DNA of 64,000 bases from Octopus sinensis. Lineage: Eukaryota. Location of the stretch: contig NC_043003.1 of the NCBI RefSeq assembly GCF_006345805.1, positions 89,900,001-89,964,000 on the forward strand, in the 5' to 3' direction. The notes below the pieces were generated by a model. That model made no database searches, was not told where the DNA came from, and saw nothing but the letters and a program-made list of their open reading frames with translations. This document shows positions 63,078 through 64,000 of the stretch, one piece after another. Each line of letters starts with the position of its first letter. Within the stretch, counting starts at the first letter, position 1. The translations under genes and the position numbers were made by a program.

Positions 63078-64000
63078 CTCCTTCCCCAGCAAAGGGTTAA
63101 CATTTTTTGAGGAAAACATTTCATTTTCAGATGAACTTTTTTATTGCTTTTTTTATTATTTTAATGCTGATTATGGAAATAATTTTTGTTTTTATCTATT
63201 TCCAATATTTTACTTGAAATTTTATTTTGAAGATACCATTTTAGGCAAAATTCCAATATTTTTTTTTATTTATCGCTTTCTTTTTCCAACTTTATCATCA
63301 AAAGTAAAGGGGAATTACACGTTTATTTTACTCGCTTTTTTTTTTAGCATGTCTTCTCAAAAATCTTTTTTTTTTAATATATATTTTTTTTCAATTTTCA
63401 CAACTGAAAGTAAATGTAAATAAAATACTGTACTCATTTTATCTTTTATTTTACCTCATCTTCCCATACATCTTACTTTCTCTGGCATTTTATGAATGAT
63501 TATTTGGTATGGTATTTTTCAAAGCATGGTGGTGCACATTAAGGTACATTACAGAGTTTACACATATATTGTGACTCTTTCCTGACTGGTTTCCCTCTAT
63601 GGTCACATTTCAGACAACACATGGCACATTTTCTTGTTGAATTTATCTTCTTTTCTGTTGTTCGGATTTCCATTGGAAAATGTCCTGGTGTAAAGCACGA
63701 ACATCCTGGTGAAGTCGAAGGTCTCCCTACTATTTTAGTAGATTGTAAATCTGCCCCATATTTTGTGATGATATCTTGTATAATCAGTATACAAAATTTC
63801 AGATGTGGGAGGGCTGCTTTTCCTGCCTCAGTGACTGCTACATTGTACACTAAGAATTCCATACTGCAAGATCCATCAAATGGAAGAAGACTTTCTTGTA
63901 ATATTTCTTACTCCATTTCCTTGTGATGAGATAATCTACTAGTTATTGGTCCACCTTGTCAACTCCATCCATTGTAAAATTGTAATCATATACAACTGCT
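63078..64000 (-). mobile_element. piggyBac (PGBD4-like) transposase C-terminal remnant, running off the window
   Basis: RKCAMCCLKCDHRGKPVRKESQYMCKLCNVP*CAPPCFEKYHT Cys-rich domain; TTAA|CTCCTT candidate end at 63074-63083. Confidence 0.8.

Overview
AT-rich, microsatellite-rich eukaryotic genomic DNA. Its SINE, RTE and MITE families look like those of Octopus (inference from recalled repeat families, not a database search). One host gene is present: eight internal + strand exons of a Discs-large 5 (DLG5) orthologue (20158-21588, 32482-32698, 33639-33774, 38627-38754, 46172-46274, 47175-47244, 51522-51625, 60523-61844). They splice in frame at GT-AG sites and encode the coiled coil, PDZ1, PDZ2 and the start of the long disordered linker. 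I did not find the N- or C-terminal exons in the window. The rest is intron filled with degenerate mobile elements: a Ty3/gypsy element with both LTRs, several RTE LINEs, tandem Penelope-like (GIY-YIG) fragments, a DD36E Tc1, mariner, Tigger, hAT, piggyBac and two TTAA MITE families, two Helitron-like elements and several tRNA-derived SINE families. No mobile element ORF is intact. Best leads: two hammerhead-ribozyme-like motifs (one with a U3:A8 core variant and palindromic helix III), a 2.4-kb segment that looks inverted by staggered breaks with a perfect 137-bp inverted duplication, a DD36E (Incomer-like) Tc1, an unclassified long-TIR element, and intronic inverted repeats close to DLG5 exons. 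I see no clear new multi-gene system. All alignments and coordinates were made by eye; TE boundaries are approximate unless a TSD is quoted.
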